Shown here piece by piece: positions 8,401-17,382 of a DNA stretch of 38,271 nucleotides. Within the stretch, counting starts at the first letter, position 1, and the number at the start of each line of letters is the position of its first letter. Source of the DNA: a virus. Its lineage: Duplodnaviria > Caudoviricetes. The stretch spans positions 1-38,271 of IMG/VR virus record IMGVR_UViG_3300021959_000139. One strand, 5' to 3'. The notes under the pieces are model-generated. The model was not told the origin of the DNA, searched no databases, and saw only the letters and a list, made by a program, of their open reading frames with translations. Both the position numbers and the translations under genes were made by a program.

Positions 8401-11400
8401 GGAGACGAGTCATCGATTGCAGAAGTAAACAGTGTTGTCTTTTGCCCTGGAGCTTCTAAACCAAGATGCCCACTTTGTTCTGGAGTAAGCCTACTTGCTT
8501 CCACCGCATAAGTATTACCCTTAAAATAAACATATTGATCACTAGTATCTCCAGGCCCTATCACAAAACCTATTCCACTTTTATACAAAAAGTGTCTATC
8601 CCAAGATATTTCTCCAGCACCAGGAGTATTACTCTCAAAAGGATTATTTGGAACTAGCGCTAGGGTATTAGGAAATGTTTGAGTAATGCTTTGCTCAAAA
8701 TCAGAAATGTCAGTAGGTGCTTGTTGACCTAATATAAGCTCAAGCCCCTCCACATTCTCATTACCAAGATTTGCCTGACCAGTAAACGGACCTTTATTTC
8801 CAGCCATATCAACTGTTCTAATCCAAAAATACCTCTTGTCATTGGTTGTCCCATTATGAGTAACCTGAATTATTGGCGACATAGCAGATACATTCAGCAC
8901 ATTTGTCGCGTTTGTAATACCAGAAGCGAAATCCTGCTCTTCTGTAGGTATTGGGCCAAGGCTTTCTATATCTCCAGTAACCCTTCTATAACCAACTAAA
9001 TTTTCATCTTGATTTATCGGTCTATTTTGAGCCCCCAAATATAAATAATTATCCTCCGATTGCCACACCTCATAATGGCTAACATCATTTGGAATGCTAT
9101 CTAAAAATCCGCCTGTCCTTGAATTATTTGAACTAATCTCACCAGCGTTAGCCTCAAAAAATTCGGTATGAGGAACCTCCCAATTCAAGAAGTAATTAGT
9201 AAAAGCAGTATCTCCATGGAAATTATATACCGGTCCAGGAATCGCGTCTTGCGTAGTAGAAAACACTGGGCCATTATATCCATTCGGATTCTTATTATTA
9301 TAATTCAAAGGATAAACCAAAACCAACTCAGGAGAACCTTGATTATCTACTAAATCAAACAGGTCACCGCTACCAAAATGATCAAATGGCAACAACTTAT
9401 AATAATATCCAGTGATTTGATTTCCTTGCCCTTCAATAAACGGAATTGGAGGAGAATCGGTAATCGAATTAAAATTATCAAAAACTTCAGAAACAAAAGT
9501 CGGAGCATTCGCTCCAGGTAATCCATCAGAATCTAAAATACTAAAGTTTGGGGTGCTAGATCTATATAATTCAAGTTTAGTTACGGTCTCCCTATCTTCA
9601 TTAGCATACCTAAAATTAAATGTAGTTTGCGTAGTTCTGCTTAAACTATCTACCTGAAAACCGTTCGCCAAAATACTTGGCTCTCGATTAAATCCAACAA
9701 TCGATCTACTGCTTAATACATTACCCTCATTATCAAGTATTCCTAGCTCAAGGCCAACGCTTCTTTTTCCGCTTTGAGGAATCCCAACATGTTTAAAAAT
9801 AACATTATCATAACCAGTATTTAATTCCCAAAAAGGTAGCCACTGAGAAGAATAATAGTCCGAATAAATCTCTTGATTAATGTCTGAAATACTTTCCAGT
9901 GGAGCGCCAGTTGGATTGCTCTCTAAGCATTGGTATACTGCTCGATTACTATATACAAGATCCCCTTCATTGTGATTTGTTTGAAAATCTGTACCACCGT
10001 AATCAGCCGCCCAATATGTTTGGTCTGCATAATTTGGCGTCCTCACTCCGTTCGCGGAGCCCAGCCCATTTTCAATTACTCCGCTCCATATATTATTTTC
10101 ATATACAACCAAGTCGCCTGCAGAGTATCTTTGTTGATCGGAATAATTTCTGATCTGAAAATCATACGCAGGAACCACTTCAACATATCCTGTATAATTA
10201 GAAGGATTTTGAGATAACCAATGATTGTATCCAGTAGAAGGCAATACTTCATCACTAGAGTTTATATCTTGAAGAGCTCTATATATACCGCAATCCACAT
10301 CAGTAAATATACCTTGAGGCAGCCAATACAACGATCCAGTGTTTGGCAATATAGAATCCTGAGTAGTTTGATCTTGTATTGATCTATATATATACCCACT
10401 ATACAAAACAGTATCTCCAATGTTATACTGGGTTCCAGTTTTGTATATCGTTGAATTTATTGATGGCGCAATAACAAGCGATCCAAGTGTGTAATCCAAA
10501 TCCTCGTTAAAAACGCCGCTAATACTACTTGCGCCTGGACCAAGCAACTGCCCATCCGACCCAGTTGGAATATACAAAGAGTCATTATACTCAAAAACAT
10601 CAGCATAAGGCAGTCCAGTCCTATAAACATAATTATTTGAAACGTCCCACAAATCATATGAAGGTCTAATATAATCAGCCGGAGAACTTCCTGTTTTTGC
10701 GGTATATAAAGAGAGACCTGTTACAACATTCTGCCCAGATAAATAATTTCCATAATTTCTATATACCTGATAATTGGGATAACCACCCGTTTTATACAAT
10801 TCGTTATTAATTTCTCTTGTATAGTCAAATGTGTCAAAAATTTTCGTAGCAGGAAGATTTTCAGATAACTCCTGAATTCCTTCGTTGTTTAGAGAGCTTC
10901 TACTATTAAAGCCTTCTGTTATTCCACTTAAAAATTCTTTCGTGTCACTATCAAAAAGAGATCCGCTAATTCCAAGTATGCTAGGTTTGTCATTAGGAGA
11001 TACAAGAAACTTGTATTGATTTAAATCAATTAGATTACCATTTTGATCAGTTACATTCCATCTAAAAATTAAATCATCTTCTCTTTCTATAAAAGATAAA
11101 TTATCGATCTTTACATTAGCTAAAAAGGGAAACAAATCCGACCCCGGATCACCAGCTTTCACGAGCCCAGTTTCCGTTAAATTATATGTATACCCAGTTC
11201 CGTATCCATCTCGCGGAATAAAAGAGTAATAATATTTCTGCCCCCAAACTTGATCGAATGAAGTATTATTTAAACTAACAACCCTTTCTTGCGTTGCGTA
11301 TTCTACGGCTGGCCCCAACCCACTCCACAAAGGCGCTCCATCAGCAGGAGTTGACCCAACATGAGAAATAGAGTCATAAGACTGAGTACATACATATACA

Positions 11401-12407
11401 TCATCTTGATAATTAACATAATCCCCTTGAGTAAAGTAAGGCCTATGCTTGGTCCAATCAGGTGCCGCATTTATTTTTTCATAATATTCTATACTATTAA
11501 ATATATTACCCGGATCATATATATCATGATCTTCTGAAATATTTATAGAATTAATTATGACATCTTGAAAATCAGTATCACTATGCCCCCATGCTAGCCC
11601 AAATTTTGACCCAACAAGGGAGTAGCTTATTCCTTCTGGCTCTGGAATATAATTTGTTCCAGTTATTACGCCTGTAGCGGTTCGCCCGAATGCGTCATGA
11701 GAAATAACTTCCAGTGCAAGTGTTCTGTCTAAATTTAACTCACTAAAGGTTAACTCTGGCAATGTAAATGAAAAGCCAGTATAATGATCCATCATTGCAG
11801 AAACATTTGCAGTATTTAATATTGACTGCAAACCTTCATTCAGGGGCGAATCCAATTGACTAGAAGGTATTATGTTTCCATTTTCTGCATTTCTTAATTG
11901 CAAAGAAAAGTGAGATAAAAAAGTATCACTTAATAATTCATTACCCAATACTTCACCTTCTTTTGCGTGTCCGACAGGCGGAATCAATCTCCAATCAACT
12001 TCAACCACCCGATTAACGTATTCTGAATCTACAGCTAATATATTCGACCCGGATTCTGGATTAGCTTCTATTGTACTACCTATTTTTGCATCTTCTGGCA
12101 AATTGGATATCCTAATATCCCCAAATGTAAACGTACTATCAAAGCTCGGAGGATTTACGCTAATCGCCTCTTCAACAAAAGCAGATCGAACGCCTATATC
12201 ACTTACAGCAAAAATTCTTATTTTAAAATTACCGTAATTACCCCTCAAGGAAACTACTTTATGTGCTGTTTCGCCCTCTGCATCGACTAGGTCGGATCCC
12301 TTGCCAAGCTTATACTGAAACGAATAGTTATCCGATGTTCCTATAATTTCATAGTTTGCGCTAATATCATTAACGTCAAATTGAATACCTATTGCTGTGG
12401 ATAACAT
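5463..12407 (-). CDS. large tail fibre/tip protein (distal gpJ-like part; FN3-like, CBM5/12-like modules, beta-repeat and Trp-rich C-terminus)
   Basis: 2314 aa. FN3-like strands (RYFWIRTVDMAGNKGPF), many Y..GD.V.Y...Y.....P...W modules, the gpJ-like ATIGTAHIENAAITNAKI..ITADKI repeat and GG..N beta-roll repeats; lies downstream of gpI-J. Confidence 0.8.
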   Translation of the reverse strand: MLSTAIGIQFDVNDISANYEIIGTSDNYSFQYKLGKGSDLVDAEGETAHKVVSLRGNYGNFKIRIFAVSDIGVRSAFVEEAISVNPPSFDSTFTFGDIRISNLPEDAKIGSTIEANPESGSNILAVDSEYVNRVVEVDWRLIPPVGHAKEGEVLGNELLSDTFLSHFSLQLRNAENGNIIPSSQLDSPLNEGLQSILNTANVSAMMDHYTGFSFTLPELTFSELNLDRTLALEVISHDAFGRTATGVITGTNYIPEPEGISYSLVGSKFGLAWGHSDTDFQDVIINSINISEDHDIYDPGNIFNSIEYYEKINAAPDWTKHRPYFTQGDYVNYQDDVYVCTQSYDSISHVGSTPADGAPLWSGLGPAVEYATQERVVSLNNTSFDQVWGQKYYYSFIPRDGYGTGYTYNLTETGLVKAGDPGSDLFPFLANVKIDNLSFIEREDDLIFRWNVTDQNGNLIDLNQYKFLVSPNDKPSILGISGSLFDSDTKEFLSGITEGFNSRSSLNNEGIQELSENLPATKIFDTFDYTREINNELYKTGGYPNYQVYRNYGNYLSGQNVVTGLSLYTAKTGSSPADYIRPSYDLWDVSNNYVYRTGLPYADVFEYNDSLYIPTGSDGQLLGPGASSISGVFNEDLDYTLGSLVIAPSINSTIYKTGTQYNIGDTVLYSGYIYRSIQDQTTQDSILPNTGSLYWLPQGIFTDVDCGIYRALQDINSSDEVLPSTGYNHWLSQNPSNYTGYVEVVPAYDFQIRNYSDQQRYSAGDLVVYENNIWSGVIENGLGSANGVRTPNYADQTYWAADYGGTDFQTNHNEGDLVYSNRAVYQCLESNPTGAPLESISDINQEIYSDYYSSQWLPFWELNTGYDNVIFKHVGIPQSGKRSVGLELGILDNEGNVLSSRSIVGFNREPSILANGFQVDSLSRTTQTTFNFRYANEDRETVTKLELYRSSTPNFSILDSDGLPGANAPTFVSEVFDNFNSITDSPPIPFIEGQGNQITGYYYKLLPFDHFGSGDLFDLVDNQGSPELVLVYPLNYNNKNPNGYNGPVFSTTQDAIPGPVYNFHGDTAFTNYFLNWEVPHTEFFEANAGEISSNNSRTGGFLDSIPNDVSHYEVWQSEDNYLYLGAQNRPINQDENLVGYRRVTGDIESLGPIPTEEQDFASGITNATNVLNVSAMSPIIQVTHNGTTNDKRYFWIRTVDMAGNKGPFTGQANLGNENVEGLELILGQQAPTDISDFEQSITQTFPNTLALVPNNPFESNTPGAGEISWDRHFLYKSGIGFVIGPGDTSDQYVYFKGNTYAVEASRLTPEQSGHLGLEAPGQKTTLFTSAIDDSSPSVSSFVILGNDTTDGRNIPDINGSSEYYVRFEDGLLQGQERRINTYTDTTNTIQLSVSLPFSPSNGDKIKIVKETPLSLSANNPLRNILYSGNYSTVDYHPAGEGNTNNPSANKNTDYDGRRPSVLSDGDDIIARNANGIASPMWHSFANATIGTAHIENAAITNAKIHNITADKIRSAEIIGQDIQVGGDQNSGQIRSVGFGDPVYVGGGTGYHGYGYPGAGFVISGNGSFMFKGRDFPGNPGGKLYYENGQLTIEGNIKQRDGGEFTVMSMTAEPAFFTYDERDDGAYIPSLSQSSDIVVRYNNSSINHDDVRFRMAFPNGVQIFGYDEYETDGQNNFTGYNISGFIYDPDNFDSNAKIAFASLDVGDRHDNPIKYGFDTIIHQGDNTAEHESVIIYSSGDGTSTEHSVSVGLVAQGAAGPTGRSPVYRGVWNSISTYIGIHNTPGSPTQNLRGDVVYRTADQTYYIALETNASHDPVTYNTSNPDPTGHLWKTFGAQFESVATKLLLAEDAMITKTLTMGESAADDPNNPNPGNGGVIKSAGKTWADYSSPGFLLSAVGGDIQFDIGDADSHMRFSIASGVDVKSQLFTIGDSDRYIRFNANPYPGATQGRIEFNTAFVNSYSRRSDNFQAGISFTSTQNPEPEAIFIGGGYNNDITRVTTGPNQVDSLASSIVGGAHNDITGRFSFIGNGYDNSVGDNFSAIVAGYQNTMPDLDISSDGANIIGAGYQNKINGGSVQGVFCGAKNVIDNSANSIGNTRRFPVSSGWTNVLKRGSNLAGYKNGWIYDTWINTDSSFNVLGYWPTDFYCSRDLIKSEDGMATVPAWFLAIAPNDPPPGVRIVFDWFYASWAGSTPNIYTPLLSTDGLWVYIEIFSTTPEWVLIFHPSAGLSGNPVAFYKATSGQGLWFDPAFITNSSSLGTFEHGSGKRFFKAVSNGAGNAGWYDIIVNQVGEVWYSPLAAGYGATPTVSKTWYKK

Positions 12408-12411
12408 TTTC

Positions 12412-15400
12412 TTATGCAGTTAAATCTGTTAATATTAAATCGGTTGGAGCTTCCGGAATGGCCATATCTGCCTGAGGGGGAATTGGAATTACAGGTCTTC
12501 TGACTATACTCTTTTTATCAACTGAATCGAATTTAGCTTGAACATATTCTAAACCAGTAACCTCATATTTATTTTCTTCCATTTCTTTTACACTCATAGT
12601 TCTAAATAATTGCCCCTCAAGAATAGAAGAGCTTGCATCCACAGGTTTTTGAACAAAGAGTATATTTCCCCCAGTAACAGAGAACCCACTTGTTGACGCA
12701 GCTGATGAAGAATTAACTAATTCAAAAACTGATTTTGATATTTTAATCAACCTCCATTTTAGCGGAGTAGTAGTCCATTTATTTCCGCTATAGCTATAGG
12801 AATTATTTATTGCAGAAGCGCCCGTTCCTGAAGCGCCATTAATATATACTAATTGTCCATCTGGAATTTCTACATTACTAGATGAATCCAAAGTAATTCT
12901 AATAGATTGTTCATTTTGTTTCGCGTCATTTGCGGAGGCGAGAGAATAAGAAGATATATTTATATTTTTAGAATCAGGATGACTTTCTATTCTTTGATAC
13001 GGATTTGTTGTTGATGCGCCCGGTGGAGTAGAAGATGTTGACACCTTACCTTGTCTTGTAGTGACCCCTCGCTTAAGAGCAATATAATAGCCAACCCCAG
13101 AAACTACTTGTACGATAGTATACTTCGCATTCTTAATTGAGTATTTTTGACCAACCGACTTCGATGTATTACTGTCCCAAATAAATAACTCAACTATACT
13201 ACCAAAATCATCATAAAGCGGGCTGCCCCATCCGCTAGCAGTAGATGAATTTTTATGAATATCATAAAAAAACCAAAATTCATCCTTTATATTGTCTAGA
13301 GTAAAAATCCAACCCATACTATCATCTGTAGTATTATGCTCAGAGCTATGATAAAACCAAATATCATTAGTTTGATTATTTATATAATCTTCGGAAAAAT
13401 AAATAAACCCAAAGTTCACCACATAGATCCAATGCCCAAATACATTTATGGTTCCCAGCCAATCAGACTTTTGCCATCCAGCCTTAAGATTCTCTGAAAC
13501 CCCTAAGACCTGTTGCTCTGTTGCGCTCAAACCAGAACCCGAACCCAAAGCCACAACGCCTTTGGCCGACCATGTAGACCCAATGCTGATTTGGTCCAAC
13601 GCCTCTTTGGTTCTTTGTTCGTCTTGAGGGAGAACATAATGCAGCCCTCCTTCGTTCCCAAGGACATCAAACCCATTATTATAAACCTCAACTGCTGACC
13701 CAGATGAAGTCTCAGATACCTGAAAAGTGTGCTTTGTAACATTAATTATATAATATGCTCTTTCATCATACTTCAAGGGATCTAGCCCTCCAGGAAGAAT
13801 GCCGCTCGAATGAAATGTAACCCTATCGCCATTATCAAAATTATGATTAAAAGACACAAATAAATTTTGGCCTAAGTCTACCTCAAGAGGCATCTTTAAT
13901 TGCAGATCCACTGCTCTTGATTTTTGTCCTTGTGGCCCCTTTTTTCCTTCGTAGTCAGAATAATCAATTCGACAATTAAACCTTATAATTTGAGGAGTAA
14001 AAATAGATTCAATTTCTGCGTCCTGATCTTTATCTGACCTCTCAAAGGGCGCCCTCAAAGATACATTCTCTTCTGTTTCATTAGACATCCCCACGCAAAC
14101 CACAAGTTCTACGCTTGAAACAAAAGGCTCTTTTGTCAGGCTTTTATCTAATAATATATACGGGTCATTTATTTCTACAATTCCATTGTTTTGTAGGTTT
14201 CCGCTTCCATCGGTTATTGTTTTTGTATAAGATTGTTTATCTTGAATATCCAAAACTCTTCCGCTTTTTAATTTTCCGGCTCTCGCTTCGTCGGAAACTT
14301 CGAATATTGCGCCAGGAAATAGATAGGACGCTTCTGCGCCCGCCTGAAACGTAACTGTTTCTATTTCTAGCTGAGTGGTAAAAAGTATCCACTTCGCTAA
14401 ACGCCTGGCCTGGCTTTGAGAAGTGATACCAAATCCCATTGTTTCTTCTTCTTTATACCCAAATCTTTGTGTTGCCTCAGCATCTTCTTCTACAATTACG
14501 TCTGGCTTGAAATTATTATCCTTATTATTATAACGAACCAAAGACGTTGTTACCTTCTGATTCTTGCTCACGCCATTATAATTAAATCCTTCAACCCCTA
14601 CATTTGAATTAGTAAACAATTGAACCGGAGTCTTATATGAATCCTGCACAGCAACTATTTTTCCGCCGCTATAAGTACTAATTCCCCTAAAAACAGACGC
14701 CAAATTATTTATAATCTGAAGTGCCTCATTTCTATCTGTCAGATATAAATTAGCAGTAAATCTTGGCTCTACCAATGGATGATTTAACTGTACGGCACAC
14801 GCGCCAACTGTTATATTTGAAGAATTTGTAGCGGACAAATTTTTAAAACTAGGGCCACTCACAGTAATTGTTTGATTTTCTGCATCAGAAGAAAGTATAA
14901 CCCTTTCCTGAATCAATATCTCCCCCTCTCTGTAGGCAGAGTCCTTTTTTGCGCGAGTACCACCTAGTTCATTTGTAGATATAAAAAATGCCATTTTTTT
15001 TCCTGCGAAAGACTCGCCCTCGCCAAACTCTTCTTTAAAATCAGAAATTACGCCTGTTGAGGAAGACGATGAACTTAAGTGGTGTCCGGAAGAATCGATT
15101 TTTATTTGAAAACTCTCCTCCCCAGAATTTAATGTTTCAAAATTCCTAGGCAGGCCAGAGCTAGTCTCAAAAGGGTAATCTGTCTCGACGAGTTGGTCGC
15201 AGTATTTTGCAATTTTATATAATTGCCATTTATCAATATTTTCTTCATTAAGTCCGAATTTACCAATCCCATATCTGGCATTATGCAATAAGTCGTAATA
15301 AACCCAAGCAGGATTATCGCTCCAATATTTATCCTCATCACTTATTGAATGAACGGAAGCTAGGGCATCAGCCTGCCCCTTAAATAACCCATTCCAAGGA

Positions 15401-16992
15401 CCATCATATTTCCTAGTAACTGGATCATAATTACTAGGAATGAGAATTTTTTTCATTTTTAAATGATATGCTCTCTCTGGAATTTGACTAAAATTTTTAC
15501 TATCAAATTTTATTTTACATATTGAACTATGAGGATATAATAAATCTTCAATTACTGATTCAGTAATAGCAACAAAACTTAGAGTCCTAGTTTTTTCAAT
15601 TCCCCCGAGAGCGCCACCTCGAGCAGTAGGGTCCAATTCGTTGCTCAACCTAACTAATTTAAATGTAACTCCTTTTGACCTTATATTTGGCGGAGTATAG
15701 TCAACAACAATATCAAATTGATATTCATCAGTGGCGATCCCTCTAACAATAAAAGAGCTTTCTCCGTTTTTCATCAAGCCGGTGCCCGGGCTACCAGAAT
15801 TATACGAAGGAACATCAACTTCTGCCCCTTGACTCCGAGTCTTTATCTTGCAGCCGGATGAGCTAGATAATATATTATGCTCTTCATCATCCTTGAGTAT
15901 ATTTACTGCGAAAGATATTGATGTCGGACCATTACTACCATCATCATTTTGAATTTGTAAAGCAACGCCTAAATTCAATGTCACCCTTGACACATTCTCA
16001 TTAGCTACAAAATGAGTTAGTATTTTTGCATTATTTTTTATTGCGTCATTAAAATCTGCTCGACTTTCTTTATTTTCGGGGTTATTTACATATGGCCCAG
16101 CTCCATAAAATCTTGTTCCATATTCAACAGTCATGGTTGTTTCAGCAGATAAAACCTTAGACTCCTCTTCTTTGCCTAGCTGTATTTCGGGCAACTCTCC
16201 ATTTTCATTTAGTATAAAATTTAACGAACCCTCTCCAGAACCATCATTGTCGGTATTTTTTATCTGCACATTATTCAAAAATATCCCCTCTCTTATATCG
16301 CCGCCAGATATTGGTCCGCCATTTATATTTGCAAAACCTTCTATTGGTCCCTCTGATAGCAATTCCATGTATTCAATTTCTGAATAAGATTCAAGAGTAT
16401 TAGCGTTCTCCTTGACAGATCTATAGGTTTTTTTATTTTGAGCTATATTAGTTGAACCTATTTTTAATCTTCCGTAACCTACCGGAACAGCAACCCCTTG
16501 ATTTGTTCTATTTTCTGCGCCTCTTAGTAAAAAAGATTTTGTTGTCGTCGGCTCTCCTCTTTTTGGTGGCTTAAAAAGAGACTTCATTATTGCGCCAACG
16601 ATAAAAGAGATTGCAACCGCAGCAACTATCTTACCCACAAGGGTCAACCCGGTAACAGTCCCTACCTTCGACAGTACAAAAAATACTGGCATGAGGGGAC
16701 CCGATCCTTGAACATGCGGGCAGATATGAATTTCCTTTTTATCTTGTATTAAATCAATTTTTTCTTCATTAATTGAGTGCTCGATAACATCTTCTTCCGA
16801 ATTGATCTTTTTAGGGTCTTTTGTAAAAATATAATATTCTACTCCCTTTTTTTCTGTATCAATTAAATACTCAAGAAACCCATTATTATTAGACTCCAAG
16901 GCATGAAAAGCCTCGGTAGGAGTGCGCACGGCAAGGTTCCACTTTTCGCCAAAGCGTTTACCTAATTTACCATGTAAATATACCGTCTTCAC
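12412..16992 (-). CDS. tail assembly protein I / tip attachment (host specificity) protein J fusion
   Basis: N-terminal KTVYLHGKLGKRFG (lambda gpI-like), QGVAVPVGYGRLKIGS, LLSEGPIEG, YWSDNPAWVYYDLLHNARYGIG, IDKWQLYKIAKYCDQLV, EPRFTAN, GITSQSQARRLAKW (gpJ). GTG start with AAGGA SD. Confidence 0.92.
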   Translation of the reverse strand: MKTVYLHGKLGKRFGEKWNLAVRTPTEAFHALESNNNGFLEYLIDTEKKGVEYYIFTKDPKKINSEEDVIEHSINEEKIDLIQDKKEIHICPHVQGSGPLMPVFFVLSKVGTVTGLTLVGKIVAAVAISFIVGAIMKSLFKPPKRGEPTTTKSFLLRGAENRTNQGVAVPVGYGRLKIGSTNIAQNKKTYRSVKENANTLESYSEIEYMELLSEGPIEGFANINGGPISGGDIREGIFLNNVQIKNTDNDGSGEGSLNFILNENGELPEIQLGKEEESKVLSAETTMTVEYGTRFYGAGPYVNNPENKESRADFNDAIKNNAKILTHFVANENVSRVTLNLGVALQIQNDDGSNGPTSISFAVNILKDDEEHNILSSSSGCKIKTRSQGAEVDVPSYNSGSPGTGLMKNGESSFIVRGIATDEYQFDIVVDYTPPNIRSKGVTFKLVRLSNELDPTARGGALGGIEKTRTLSFVAITESVIEDLLYPHSSICKIKFDSKNFSQIPERAYHLKMKKILIPSNYDPVTRKYDGPWNGLFKGQADALASVHSISDEDKYWSDNPAWVYYDLLHNARYGIGKFGLNEENIDKWQLYKIAKYCDQLVETDYPFETSSGLPRNFETLNSGEESFQIKIDSSGHHLSSSSSSTGVISDFKEEFGEGESFAGKKMAFFISTNELGGTRAKKDSAYREGEILIQERVILSSDAENQTITVSGPSFKNLSATNSSNITVGACAVQLNHPLVEPRFTANLYLTDRNEALQIINNLASVFRGISTYSGGKIVAVQDSYKTPVQLFTNSNVGVEGFNYNGVSKNQKVTTSLVRYNNKDNNFKPDVIVEEDAEATQRFGYKEEETMGFGITSQSQARRLAKWILFTTQLEIETVTFQAGAEASYLFPGAIFEVSDEARAGKLKSGRVLDIQDKQSYTKTITDGSGNLQNNGIVEINDPYILLDKSLTKEPFVSSVELVVCVGMSNETEENVSLRAPFERSDKDQDAEIESIFTPQIIRFNCRIDYSDYEGKKGPQGQKSRAVDLQLKMPLEVDLGQNLFVSFNHNFDNGDRVTFHSSGILPGGLDPLKYDERAYYIINVTKHTFQVSETSSGSAVEVYNNGFDVLGNEGGLHYVLPQDEQRTKEALDQISIGSTWSAKGVVALGSGSGLSATEQQVLGVSENLKAGWQKSDWLGTINVFGHWIYVVNFGFIYFSEDYINNQTNDIWFYHSSEHNTTDDSMGWIFTLDNIKDEFWFFYDIHKNSSTASGWGSPLYDDFGSIVELFIWDSNTSKSVGQKYSIKNAKYTIVQVVSGVGYYIALKRGVTTRQGKVSTSSTPPGASTTNPYQRIESHPDSKNINISSYSLASANDAKQNEQSIRITLDSSSNVEIPDGQLVYINGASGTGASAINNSYSYSGNKWTTTPLKWRLIKISKSVFELVNSSSAASTSGFSVTGGNILFVQKPVDASSSILEGQLFRTMSVKEMEENKYEVTGLEYVQAKFDSVDKKSIVRRPVIPIPPQADMAIPEAPTDLILTDLTA

Positions 16993-17010
16993 TTCCTTAT
17001 ACCTAGATAT

Positions 17011-17382
17011 CTATACACCTACATTCTCATATACAAAAAAACTATCTTCACTTAAGCTATATATTAAAAAAGGTATACATAATTCATTCGAAAACAACTT
17101 GTCCATTTCAGAAGGAAAAGGTCCGCTGTTTACATGAGAATGATAAACGCATAATACTTTATTTTCTATTAAAATTTTACTATCTATTAGAAAATGAACA
17201 TGCTTTTGCTCACTCAAGTTTTCACAAGGTAAAAACTCAACAATATCAGACTCTATTATCAACCCACAAGATTCTTCTTCTTTTAAAGAATTAGCGTAAT
17301 TTTTAATTTCTAAAAGCAGGCTTTTATTTAAAAAACTATACCGCTTCAGGTCTATGTTTATCTGTTCCAGGAAAACCTCCAA
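17011..17382 (-). CDS. JAB/MPN (Mov34) domain tail assembly protein, gpK-like, without NlpC/P60
   Basis: EESCGLI..CENLS..YHSHVNSGPFPSEMD is the JAMM E..HSH....PS..D motif; lies between gpL and gpI. No ATG near the 5' end, so the start is uncertain. Confidence 0.85.
   Translation of the reverse strand: MEVFLEQINIDLKRYSFLNKSLLLEIKNYANSLKEEESCGLIIESDIVEFLPCENLSEQKHVHFLIDSKILIENKVLCVYHSHVNSGPFPSEMDKLFSNELCIPFLIYSLSEDSFFVYENVGV
17014..17018 (-). promoter_or_regulatory. putative phage late-promoter core GTGTA
   Basis: GGTGTATAG on the minus strand, 21 nt before the gpI-J GTG start. Confidence 0.4.

Noticed and set aside
16990-17013. JAB gene and gpI-J are in frame across one TAG (possible amber read-through or recoded genome)
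   Set aside because: gpI-J has its own AAGGA SD and an upstream GTGTA motif, and multi-kb ORFs are intact under code 11, so there is no sign of TAG reassignment.
17004-17013. 10-bp palindrome TAGATATCTA
   Set aside because: Single AT-rich occurrence with no second copy noticed; chance is plausible.
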